64,000 nt of DNA from NCBI GenBank assembly GCA_964621005.1, contig CAZUIF010000016.1, positions 4,565 to 68,564 on the forward strand. The letters are read 5' to 3'. The stretch is from an uncultured Rikenella sp. (GTDB lineage: Bacteria; Bacteroidota; Bacteroidia; Bacteroidales; VadinHA17). The position numbers were made by a program, and so were the translations under genes. The notes under the pieces were generated by a model that did not search any database, was not told the DNA's origin, and worked only from the letters and a program-made list of their open reading frames with translations. Each line of letters opens with the position of its first letter. The first letter of the stretch is position 1. Of this stretch, positions 34,888 to 42,953 are shown piece after piece.

Positions 34888-36465
34888 ATGAAGAAACTAA
34901 CCTTTAACCTCGCGGCGATTGCTGCCGGTTTGCTTGCCGGTATTTCCGCCTGTACATCTGCCGAACCAACTGATCTCACAAAAAACAGCATAATACCAAA
35001 GCCTGTTTCTGTGGTTGCTTCCGGGACTTCATTTTCGCTCACCGCGAAAAGTGACATCTTCATTGCCCCGGGCAGCCCGGAGGAGGTTGCCTCAATCGGA
35101 AGCTACCTGGCAGAAAAAATCAATCCCTCCACAGGCTTTGCGATTGAAGTGATAAGCGGAGAAGGGCAACCCGGGAAAGGTGACATTCTCCTCACTCTCG
35201 GAGAAAATGACGCTGAACTCGGTGATGAAGGTTATGAGGTCATAATAACTGAAAAGGTACTTACTGTAAAGGCAAACAAGCCGGCAGGTATCTTTCGCGG
35301 CATACAGACGGTGAGGCAGCTTCTGCCCGCCGGAATTGAGTCAGACACCCTCCAGGAAGGGCCATGGGTCATTCCTACCGGCACTATACGTGACTTTCCT
35401 GCTTACGGTCACCGCGGGGTAATGCTTGATGTGGCGCGTCATTTTTTTGGCCCCGTGGATGTGAAGAGATATATAGATCAGCTGGCGCTTTACAAGATGA
35501 ACATTCTGCACCTGCATCTTTCAGATGACCAGGGCTGGCGAATCGAGATCAAGTCATGGCCCAACCTTGCCGAACACGGCGGGAAAACCGAAGTAGGCGG
35601 CGGCGAAGGGGGCTTCTTTACACAGGAAGAATATTCTGACATAGTTAAGTTTGCATCAGACAGGTACATTACAATTATTCCCGAGATTGACATGCCGGGA
35701 CATACCAATGCTGCGCTTTCATCCTATCCTGAACTGAACACAGGAGGCAAGGCAACTGAACTGTATACCGGGATAAAGGTCGGATTCAGCACTCTCGACA
35801 CCCGTTCCGAGACCACCTACAAATTTGTTGACGATGTGGTTCGTGAACTGGCAGCACTTACCCCGGGGCAATATTTTCATATCGGAGGTGATGAGTCACA
35901 TGTGACCAAGCCGGATGATTACGTCTATTTCATCAACAGGGTTCAGGATATTGTTGAATCACACGGAAAGAGTGTCACAGGATGGGATGAGATTGCCCAC
36001 GCAACTCTTAAGCCCAACACTGCAGTACAGTACTGGGCCAGGGCTGCCAATGCTGTAATGGGACTGAACCAGGGGGCAAAGGTTCTCATGTCACCGGCAA
36101 AGTATGCGTACCTTGACATGAAGTATGACTCAACTACCGTACTGGGATTGAACTGGGCTGGTTTTATAGAGGTTGATGATGCCTATAACTGGGACCCTGC
36201 CACCCTTGTTCCGGAGATAAAGAAAGAAAACATAGCAGGTGTTGAGGCGCCGTTATGGAGTGAGACTGTATCTACCTTCGATGAGGCTGAATATCTTATC
36301 TATCCGCGCCTTCCCGGTTATGCCGAGATAGGCTGGACTCCTTCGGAAATGCGTTCGTGGGACGAATACCGTGTTCGCCTGGCCGCACACGGGAAGCGGA
36401 TGGAGAAACTGGGGATCAATTTCTACCGTTCACCGCTGGTTGACTGGACCCGGCCGGTTGAGTAA
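34888..36465 (+). CDS. Beta-N-acetylhexosaminidase, glycoside hydrolase family 20 (lipoprotein)
   Basis: Motifs HLHLSDDQGWRIEI, IPEIDMPGHTNAA and HIGGDES (catalytic D-E). Lipobox LLAGISAC. Confidence 0.9.
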   Translation: MKKLTFNLAAIAAGLLAGISACTSAEPTDLTKNSIIPKPVSVVASGTSFSLTAKSDIFIAPGSPEEVASIGSYLAEKINPSTGFAIEVISGEGQPGKGDILLTLGENDAELGDEGYEVIITEKVLTVKANKPAGIFRGIQTVRQLLPAGIESDTLQEGPWVIPTGTIRDFPAYGHRGVMLDVARHFFGPVDVKRYIDQLALYKMNILHLHLSDDQGWRIEIKSWPNLAEHGGKTEVGGGEGGFFTQEEYSDIVKFASDRYITIIPEIDMPGHTNAALSSYPELNTGGKATELYTGIKVGFSTLDTRSETTYKFVDDVVRELAALTPGQYFHIGGDESHVTKPDDYVYFINRVQDIVESHGKSVTGWDEIAHATLKPNTAVQYWARAANAVMGLNQGAKVLMSPAKYAYLDMKYDSTTVLGLNWAGFIEVDDAYNWDPATLVPEIKKENIAGVEAPLWSETVSTFDEAEYLIYPRLPGYAEIGWTPSEMRSWDEYRVRLAAHGKRMEKLGINFYRSPLVDWTRPVE

Positions 36466-36518
36466 GTCTTTTCACGTCGGCCACAATACTGACCGTCATC
36501 CAATCATAGCAGACGAAC

Positions 36519-37655
36519 ATGGAATTCTTACTTGATGGTATCACCAATGTTACATGGCAGCAGGCATTGATGTGGGTAATCGGTGGTCTCCTGATTTATC
36601 TTGCCATCGCAAAAAAGCTGGAGCCCCCGTTGCTGCTGCCAATGGGTTTCGGGGCAATTCTGGTCAACCTCCCGCTATCGGGAGTGATTAACCAGACCCT
36701 GCCCGGTATAGGCGAAGTTACCGGGATAGTAGACTGGCTGTTCAAGATCGGGATAGAGGCTTCGGAGGCAATGCCACTGTTGCTTTTCATCGGGATAGGT
36801 GCGATGATCGACTTCGGGCCTCTGCTCTCAAACCCGAGGCTGCTTCTCTTCGGCGCGGCAGCACAGTTCGGGATCTTTGCCACGGTGACTGCCTCGGTTC
36901 TGCTTGGCTTTGACCTCAGGGATGCAGCGGCTATTGGTATAATAGGGGCTGCAGATGGTCCTACATCCATTCTCGTTTCCCAGGTGCTGAAGAGCAATTA
37001 TATAGGCCCGATAGCAATTGCGGCCTACTCCTACATGGCCCTGGTGCCAATCATCCAGCCTTTTGCAATTAAGCTCTGCACCACCGAGAATGAGAGGAAG
37101 ATCAGGATGAAGTATAACCCCAAGAGTGTATCGCAGCTCACCAGGATACTCTTCCCGATATCTGTGACAATAATTGCGGGGCTGGTCGCACCCGCATCAA
37201 TTGCTCTTGTGGGATTCCTTATGTTTGGAAACCTCATCAGGGAGTGCGGTGTCCTCAAGTCCCTTTCTGACAGCGCTCAGAAGGAGCTGGTCAACCTGAT
37301 AACACTTCTGCTTGGAATAACAATCGCGGCAAGCATGCAGGCCGACAGGTTTGTCTCGCTGCCCACGGTAAAGATCATGGGGCTGGGGCTGCTGGCTTTC
37401 ATCTTTGATACTATTGCCGGTGCTTCGTTCGCCAAGCTGCTGAACCTCTTCCTGAAGGAAAAGATTAACCCGATGGTTGGCGCAGCCGGTATATCTGCTT
37501 TCCCGATGTCTTCCAGGGTCATCCAGAAAATGGGCCTGGAGGCTGACCCCCAGAACCACCTGCTTATGCACGCCGCAGGAGCGAACGTCTCGGGTCAGAT
37601 AGCTTCAGTGATCGCCGGAGGCGTGATAATAGGCCTTGTGCCCGGGTTACTTTAA
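36519..37655 (+). CDS. Sodium-ion-translocating decarboxylase beta subunit (OadB/MmdB/GcdB family)
   Basis: Polytopic membrane protein with the characteristic IGIIGAADGPTSI, YSYMALVPIIQP and GAAGISAFPMSSR blocks. Confidence 0.85.
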   Translation: MEFLLDGITNVTWQQALMWVIGGLLIYLAIAKKLEPPLLLPMGFGAILVNLPLSGVINQTLPGIGEVTGIVDWLFKIGIEASEAMPLLLFIGIGAMIDFGPLLSNPRLLLFGAAAQFGIFATVTASVLLGFDLRDAAAIGIIGAADGPTSILVSQVLKSNYIGPIAIAAYSYMALVPIIQPFAIKLCTTENERKIRMKYNPKSVSQLTRILFPISVTIIAGLVAPASIALVGFLMFGNLIRECGVLKSLSDSAQKELVNLITLLLGITIAASMQADRFVSLPTVKIMGLGLLAFIFDTIAGASFAKLLNLFLKEKINPMVGAAGISAFPMSSRVIQKMGLEADPQNHLLMHAAGANVSGQIASVIAGGVIIGLVPGLL

Positions 37656-37664
37656 AGGAGGTTG

Positions 37665-37808
37665 ATGATGAATGGGGATCTTGTGAAATCGCTTGAACTT
37701 ATGGGCCAGGGCATGGCTGCAATATTCGTCGTAATAATCGTCATCTACCTTGCCGTTCACCTGATACTGAGACTGACAGGCGGAAGGAAGAAGGAGCAGG
37801 CCGGCTGA
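37665..37808 (+). CDS. Small OadG-like membrane subunit (47 aa, absent from the ORF track)
   Basis: Hand translation: MMNGDLVKSLELMGQGMAAIFVVIIVIYLAVHLILRLTGGRKKEQAG*. It has a single TM helix with an OadG-like L.LMGxGMxxxFxV pattern. It begins 9 nt after the oadB-like stop and is preceded by aaaggagg. Confidence 0.55.
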   Translation: MMNGDLVKSLELMGQGMAAIFVVIIVIYLAVHLILRLTGGRKKEQAG

Positions 37809-37841
37809 CATGAACTGAGGCTGACCCGCGGCAGGTCCTGT

Positions 37842-40628
37842 CTAGAAATCTCCTTCGGCATTGCCGAACAGCCTGAAATTGTAAGTCAGCATGAAAATCG
37901 GGCGGGCAAAGATTGTCATACGGTAACCCTTTACCATACCGTTTTCATTCTTGAAGAAAATTGAGTAGGGATTCTTTCTTCCCAGCACATTGTAAATTGT
38001 TGCGGTAAATGAGGAATGATTCAGCTTTTTGGCCTGGAGGTTGCCGTTGACCGTCGCTGCCAGGTCAAGCCTCATGTAATAGGGGATCCGGTAGTCATTC
38101 CTGCTGGAGTAATAGACGTGCGCCGAGTTGTAGAAGTTGTAGAAGGCTACCGGGTAAGTTATGGGTCTGCCGGAGCTGTAAACGAAGTTGGATGTAAAGT
38201 TCAGTCTTCTGGATGCTTTTGCATTTACAACCAGTTTCAGGTCATGGGGTTTGTCATAGTTGGCAGGGAACCAGTTGCCCCTGTTTACTTTCTCCTCTTC
38301 AAACTGGCCGTCTACCTTCAGGAATACCCTTGAATATGTATAGCTTACCCAGCCGGTGACGCTGCCCGACTGTTTCTTGACCATCAGTTCAACGCCGTAA
38401 GCCTTTCCGTCACCGTTGATGATGTCGGTCTCGAGGGCGGGGTTCATGAGTAATTCTGCGCCTCCCTTGTAGTCAAGGGTATTTGTGAGCCATTTATAGT
38501 AGCCTTCCACCGATGTTTCCAGGGCCCTCCGGTCAAGGTTCATATAGAACCCGGCTGATACCTGGTCGCCTCTCTGGGGCCTGATGTAGGTATCGCTGAG
38601 CTTCCATATATCAACCGGTGACATGGAGGTGGTGTTTGATATCATGTGGAGATACTGGAAGGCCCTCTGGGCGCCTATCTTTACTGAAGCGCTGCCGGAG
38701 AGCATGAACCGTGATGAAAACCTGAAGTCGAGTCCCGGGTAAAGGCTTTCGGTTTTCCCTGCCCCGATTGTCAGGGTGTCTGTTATGTTTTCCATTCTTC
38801 TGGGCATACCTTCGGCGTAGATGAATTCGCGCCTCGGGCCTAAGCTTGTATAGAGAGTTCCCCTGATCCCGGCAGTTACGGAAAGCCATGGTGTTATTTC
38901 CAGCTCGTCACTGAGATAAAGAGACGGCTCCAGGGCTTTTTCGCCCTGCAGTTCAAGGGGTATTGCCTCGGACCAGTCTCCGAGCGGTTCACGTCTTCCG
39001 GGTTCAAGCGAATAGAGAGTTGCGTCAACACCGAATTCCATCCTGTTTTTGGAAGAGCTGAGGAATGTAAAATCAGCCCTGCCTATCTTCTGGCTCAGGT
39101 TGTAGTAGGTGTTGTTTGCCTCAACGGAATCAGCTGATGAGGTAAGCCGGTAGCTGTAGTTACTTAAGATTGCAAAGTACTGTGCAGTAAGCCTTGGGCC
39201 GAATGAATGTTTCCATTTAAGGGTGGCGGCGGTGTTGCCGTATTTGAAGCCGCTTTCCAGGTAATAGTCGAACCTGTCGTCACTGTGGTACCCTGACAGT
39301 GATACGGAGTTCTTTTTGTCAATGTCAGCGGTCAGTGTACCCTGCAGGTCATAGAATCCTGCAGTACTCTTCTTAAGCCTTTCATCGTTGAGCATTCCCA
39401 GGAGCCAGTCGGAGTAGGTTGTACGTGCGCCGATGATAAAGGAGACCTTGTCCTTTACAAGCGGTCCGTCTATCATAAGGCGGCCGGTAACGGGGCTTAT
39501 TCCTCCGCTGACCTTTGTCTTTTCCCGGTTTCCCTCTGCCGGGACAATCTCCATCACTGATGAGAGCCTTCCGCCGTATTTGGCCGGCATGCCGCTCTTG
39601 AAGAGGGTAACGTCGGTTATCAGGTCTGAGTTGAAGGCGGAGAAGAATCCGAAGAAGTGCGATGAGTTGATTATCGGGGCATAGTTCAGGAGGACAAGGT
39701 TCTGGTCTGTGCTTCCTCCGCGCACGTTGAATCCGCCGGAAGCTTCGCCCACTGTCTGGATGCCGGGGAGCATGAGGGTACTCTTGAGCAGGTCGGCCTC
39801 GCCCAGTCCCAGCGGTATCTGCCTGAGCATCTTGACACTGATTTTTTCGGTGCCCATGCGGGTATTCCTTACATTGTTCTCCCTGTTGGCTGAAATGACC
39901 ACAGCATCTATCTCGCTTGGGCTCTCGGAAAGTGATACATCGAGGGAGCCGTCGGAATAGATCAGCACATTCCTGGTGGCTGATTTCATCCCCATCATCC
40001 TGTACTCGATCCTGTACTGCCCGGGAGGCAGCGAAATTGAATAGAAGCCGGTACTGTTTGTCATGGCCCCGGTCCGTAGCTTGTCGACATAAACAACCAC
40101 GCTTTGCATGCCCGTTCCGTCAGCGGCATCACGTACGACACCGGAAAGGATTACCCTGTCAGGTATTCTGCCGGCTGATGGCCTGCCAATCCTGAAGAGC
40201 CTGTAGTCATCGCTTACGGTTGATTCCTCCTCCTGCATGGCAGGCCTGATGAATTCAGCCGAGGCTGCCTCTGCATACCTCTCCCTCATGTAGGTTTCAT
40301 ATTCCCTGGAGAATCCGGTCTTGATGGCATATCCCTTTGAAAGGATGATCCTGTTGTCAGGGGTGATCATGAAGAGGAGCCCGTCACGCCGGAGAGTCTT
40401 ATCCAGAACTCCTTCAACAGTGGCGTTTTCGGCAGAGACGTCGAGGTAAAGGGAATCGGTCCACCGGGGTGAATAATAAATCCTCACGGGAACCCTTCTC
40501 TCGACAGTGTCAACGAAGTCCTTGAACAGTATGTTTTTGAACTGGAATGTAAGGTTGTTTTCCTGACCTTGAAGAAACGTGGAAACTCCCAGCAAAACCG
40601 TTATAAGCAGGCTCTTTCTCATTATCAT
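37842..40628 (-). CDS. TonB-dependent receptor with STN-like N-terminal and carboxypeptidase-regulatory-like domains
   Basis: Signal MRKSLLITVLLGVSTFLQGQ, an STN-like segment (FQFKNILFKDFVDTVERRVPVRIYY), CarboxypepD_reg (LSGVVRDAADGTGMQSVVVYV), a plug, and a barrel ending ...YNFRLFGNAEGDF. Confidence 0.8.
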   Translation of the reverse strand: MIMRKSLLITVLLGVSTFLQGQENNLTFQFKNILFKDFVDTVERRVPVRIYYSPRWTDSLYLDVSAENATVEGVLDKTLRRDGLLFMITPDNRIILSKGYAIKTGFSREYETYMRERYAEAASAEFIRPAMQEEESTVSDDYRLFRIGRPSAGRIPDRVILSGVVRDAADGTGMQSVVVYVDKLRTGAMTNSTGFYSISLPPGQYRIEYRMMGMKSATRNVLIYSDGSLDVSLSESPSEIDAVVISANRENNVRNTRMGTEKISVKMLRQIPLGLGEADLLKSTLMLPGIQTVGEASGGFNVRGGSTDQNLVLLNYAPIINSSHFFGFFSAFNSDLITDVTLFKSGMPAKYGGRLSSVMEIVPAEGNREKTKVSGGISPVTGRLMIDGPLVKDKVSFIIGARTTYSDWLLGMLNDERLKKSTAGFYDLQGTLTADIDKKNSVSLSGYHSDDRFDYYLESGFKYGNTAATLKWKHSFGPRLTAQYFAILSNYSYRLTSSADSVEANNTYYNLSQKIGRADFTFLSSSKNRMEFGVDATLYSLEPGRREPLGDWSEAIPLELQGEKALEPSLYLSDELEITPWLSVTAGIRGTLYTSLGPRREFIYAEGMPRRMENITDTLTIGAGKTESLYPGLDFRFSSRFMLSGSASVKIGAQRAFQYLHMISNTTSMSPVDIWKLSDTYIRPQRGDQVSAGFYMNLDRRALETSVEGYYKWLTNTLDYKGGAELLMNPALETDIINGDGKAYGVELMVKKQSGSVTGWVSYTYSRVFLKVDGQFEEEKVNRGNWFPANYDKPHDLKLVVNAKASRRLNFTSNFVYSSGRPITYPVAFYNFYNSAHVYYSSRNDYRIPYYMRLDLAATVNGNLQAKKLNHSSFTATIYNVLGRKNPYSIFFKNENGMVKGYRMTIFARPIFMLTYNFRLFGNAEGDF

Positions 40629-41527
40629 TGCACTACACCGGTTCGGTTGTCAAAGGCCCTTAGCAACCTTATCATCTCTCTCTTACCCGCCTTGCGAAGC
40701 TTAATTCCCTGGCGGGCGACAATCTCTTTCATCTCTTCCGAGTCCTTCCCGAACAGCTTTGCGAACTTGCTTCCCGATGTTATTTTGCTGTAGCCGTCAG
40801 GAGTTTTTATGTAACCGACAGGAGAGTAGTAATACTCATCGATGCCATTGCGCTGGTGTACTACAGACCGGTGCCTGATCAAATAGACTGTCGGTCCCTC
40901 ATAAGCCATCTCATAGAATCCGGGAGGGATGGCTCCTCCTGTTTCCTCATTTGTAAGATACCTGAACCGGAGCGTATCTGTCCTGAAAAAGAGGCTGAAT
41001 GTCTCTGTCATATCACGGTTCAGTGATATATAGTACATGTTCTTGCCGAAATCATTGTCCATTTCAGAAAAGAGAACCTCGTCGGTATAGGTATCATACT
41101 GAAGGACCATCCCGTCATATTTTCTGCCGTTGACTACTATCTCTGCAGACCGCTCCTCTCCGTAATTAAGAAGAGGTTTGTGCTTTGCCCTGTAGTGGTA
41201 CGGGAAATATTCGGTACCGTTAATAAAGGCATTTTCCGTACCGGTTCTCACAGCGTAGATGCTGTCGAGGGTCTCCTTACCGGCGGCTTCAGCCCGTGCA
41301 AACCGGTTCATTGTCTCATCCGCGGCAGCCGTTGTCCCCTTCTGCAGATTGCCGGTGGCTCCGGCGGCGGGCGCGGTTCCCTGATACAGATTGCCGGTGG
41401 CTCCGGCGGAGACCGTCGTTCCCTGCTGAGAATTTTCGTCTGCTTCCCGGGAGACCGTCATTACCTGCTGAGAATACCCTGAAAGGGCAAGGCAAAAGAG
41501 AAGTATCAGCAGGGATGGTTTTGTCAT
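40625..41527 (-). CDS. Hypothetical secreted protein, translationally coupled to the TonB-dependent receptor
   Basis: Signal peptide MTKPSLLILLFCLALSGYSQQ. It has an internal 14-aa repeat (GATGNL.(Q/K)GT). Its stop overlaps the receptor start by 4 nt. No family recognised. Confidence 0.5.
   Translation of the reverse strand: MTKPSLLILLFCLALSGYSQQVMTVSREADENSQQGTTVSAGATGNLYQGTAPAAGATGNLQKGTTAAADETMNRFARAEAAGKETLDSIYAVRTGTENAFINGTEYFPYHYRAKHKPLLNYGEERSAEIVVNGRKYDGMVLQYDTYTDEVLFSEMDNDFGKNMYYISLNRDMTETFSLFFRTDTLRFRYLTNEETGGAIPPGFYEMAYEGPTVYLIRHRSVVHQRNGIDEYYYSPVGYIKTPDGYSKITSGSKFAKLFGKDSEEMKEIVARQGIKLRKAGKREMIRLLRAFDNRTGVVQ
41345..41428. repeat. In-frame 42-bp tandem repeat (2 units) inside the 300-aa secreted-protein gene
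   Basis: cagattgccggtggctccggcgg occurs at 41345-41367 and again at 41387-41409, a period of 42 nt (14 codons). Confidence 0.7.
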
Positions 41528-41658
41528 ATCAGGTCAGGAGGCTAAAAGCAATGCCGAAATAACAAATATTATTTCTAATTGAGGGACACTTAACATAATT
41601 TAATGTTTCCGGAGCCTTATTTTTCAGCAGTATCTGATATCAGGCAGCGATTAAGTTC

Positions 41659-41666
41659 TATTTTTG
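41659..41666 (+). promoter_or_regulatory. Candidate -7 promoter box TATTTTTG for the DUF4249 operon
   Basis: Exact TAnnTTTG, 52 nt upstream of the ATG at 41718. Confidence 0.35.
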
Positions 41667-41717
41667 TCAATTCTTCAACCACGAACAAAAAGCTGACTTC
41701 AAAAATCGGGAAGGACC

Positions 41718-42941
41718 ATGATTACCAAATGGCACAGGATCATTTTTATTATTATCATCTCCTTCCTGCTTGTGACATGCATTGATCCGTATACACCCAG
41801 GCTCCGGAGTTTCGAATCCAGGCTGGTTGTGGATGCGCTGGTCACGGACGAGGTTACCTCAAACTACGTACGCCTCACACGGACAACACTTTTGCCTGAT
41901 GACGAACCCGAAAAGGTCACGGGAGCCCACGTTACAATAACAGACGACATGGGCGGCTCATTTGTTCTGGAGGAGAGGTATCCGGGCGATTACCGGACTG
42001 ACAGTCTTTCCTTCAGGGGGGAGGCAGGCCGCAGTTACAGGCTTACAATTGAGACGGCTGACGGGGAGAAGTATGAGTCAGATCAGTGCATGATGCTCCC
42101 GGTTCCCGGAATCGACAGCCTTTATTATGGAAGGGATCAGGTTTATTCTGAGGAGACAGGCAGGTTCCGCGAAGGAATTACCTTTTACATTGATACCAGG
42201 GATGAAACCCCCGGAAGCTACTATCGCTGGACATATGAGGAATGGTGGAAGTTCTCCGTTCCGGATCCGGCCATTTTCAGGTACATCAACGACTCAACAA
42301 TTCTTCCGCTTGAAAAAGTAAACCGTACATGCTATGCACATACCCGTTCGGATGTGATTGACATTGAAAACACGGTTTCAGGACATACCGGGGATTTCGT
42401 CATGAAGCCGGTACTGTTTATTGCATCGGATGAGAGTGACAGGCTTCTTATACAGTATTGTGTCGAGGTGAAGCAGATGTCATTATCTGCAGCAGAGTAC
42501 GAATTCTGGCACCTGATGACCGAGATCAACGATGCCGGTGGAGATATATTTGACAAGCAGCCGTTCCAGGTATTCAGCAACATAAGGAACACTGCAGATG
42601 CTGATGACCAGGTGATAGGCTATTTCCAGGTCTCGGCCGTCAGGAAGAAGAGCGTTTACGTCACCTTCAGGGATGCGGAAGCGCTTGATCTTCCATTGTA
42701 CAATTATGCATGTGACAGGCAGGAGAAGGGTGAGATAGACTACCCGCCAACAGGGCTGGGAGATGGTTTCACATTTGACGAGATTCATGCTGCCTTCCTG
42801 AATTCAGGCTATTCGTTTGTGGGTCCCATTTACGATAAGGACAACCTGCTTTTCAGGTTGATTTTCGTCAGGCCTTACTGTGCGGACTGCACACTCAGGG
42901 GCAGCCTCAGTAAGCCATGGTTCTGGGTTGATCTTGTTTAA
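41718..42941 (+). CDS. DUF4249-family lipoprotein
   Basis: Lipobox LLVTCIDPYTP. Overall pattern LVVDALVTDE...VRLTRT...AHVTITDD.G..F.LEE..PG.Y...SF.GE.GRSY.L.IET.DGEKYES. The family typically partners with TonB-dependent receptors. Confidence 0.65.
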   Translation: MITKWHRIIFIIIISFLLVTCIDPYTPRLRSFESRLVVDALVTDEVTSNYVRLTRTTLLPDDEPEKVTGAHVTITDDMGGSFVLEERYPGDYRTDSLSFRGEAGRSYRLTIETADGEKYESDQCMMLPVPGIDSLYYGRDQVYSEETGRFREGITFYIDTRDETPGSYYRWTYEEWWKFSVPDPAIFRYINDSTILPLEKVNRTCYAHTRSDVIDIENTVSGHTGDFVMKPVLFIASDESDRLLIQYCVEVKQMSLSAAEYEFWHLMTEINDAGGDIFDKQPFQVFSNIRNTADADDQVIGYFQVSAVRKKSVYVTFRDAEALDLPLYNYACDRQEKGEIDYPPTGLGDGFTFDEIHAAFLNSGYSFVGPIYDKDNLLFRLIFVRPYCADCTLRGSLSKPWFWVDLV

Positions 42942-42953
42942 GATGAAAAACGA

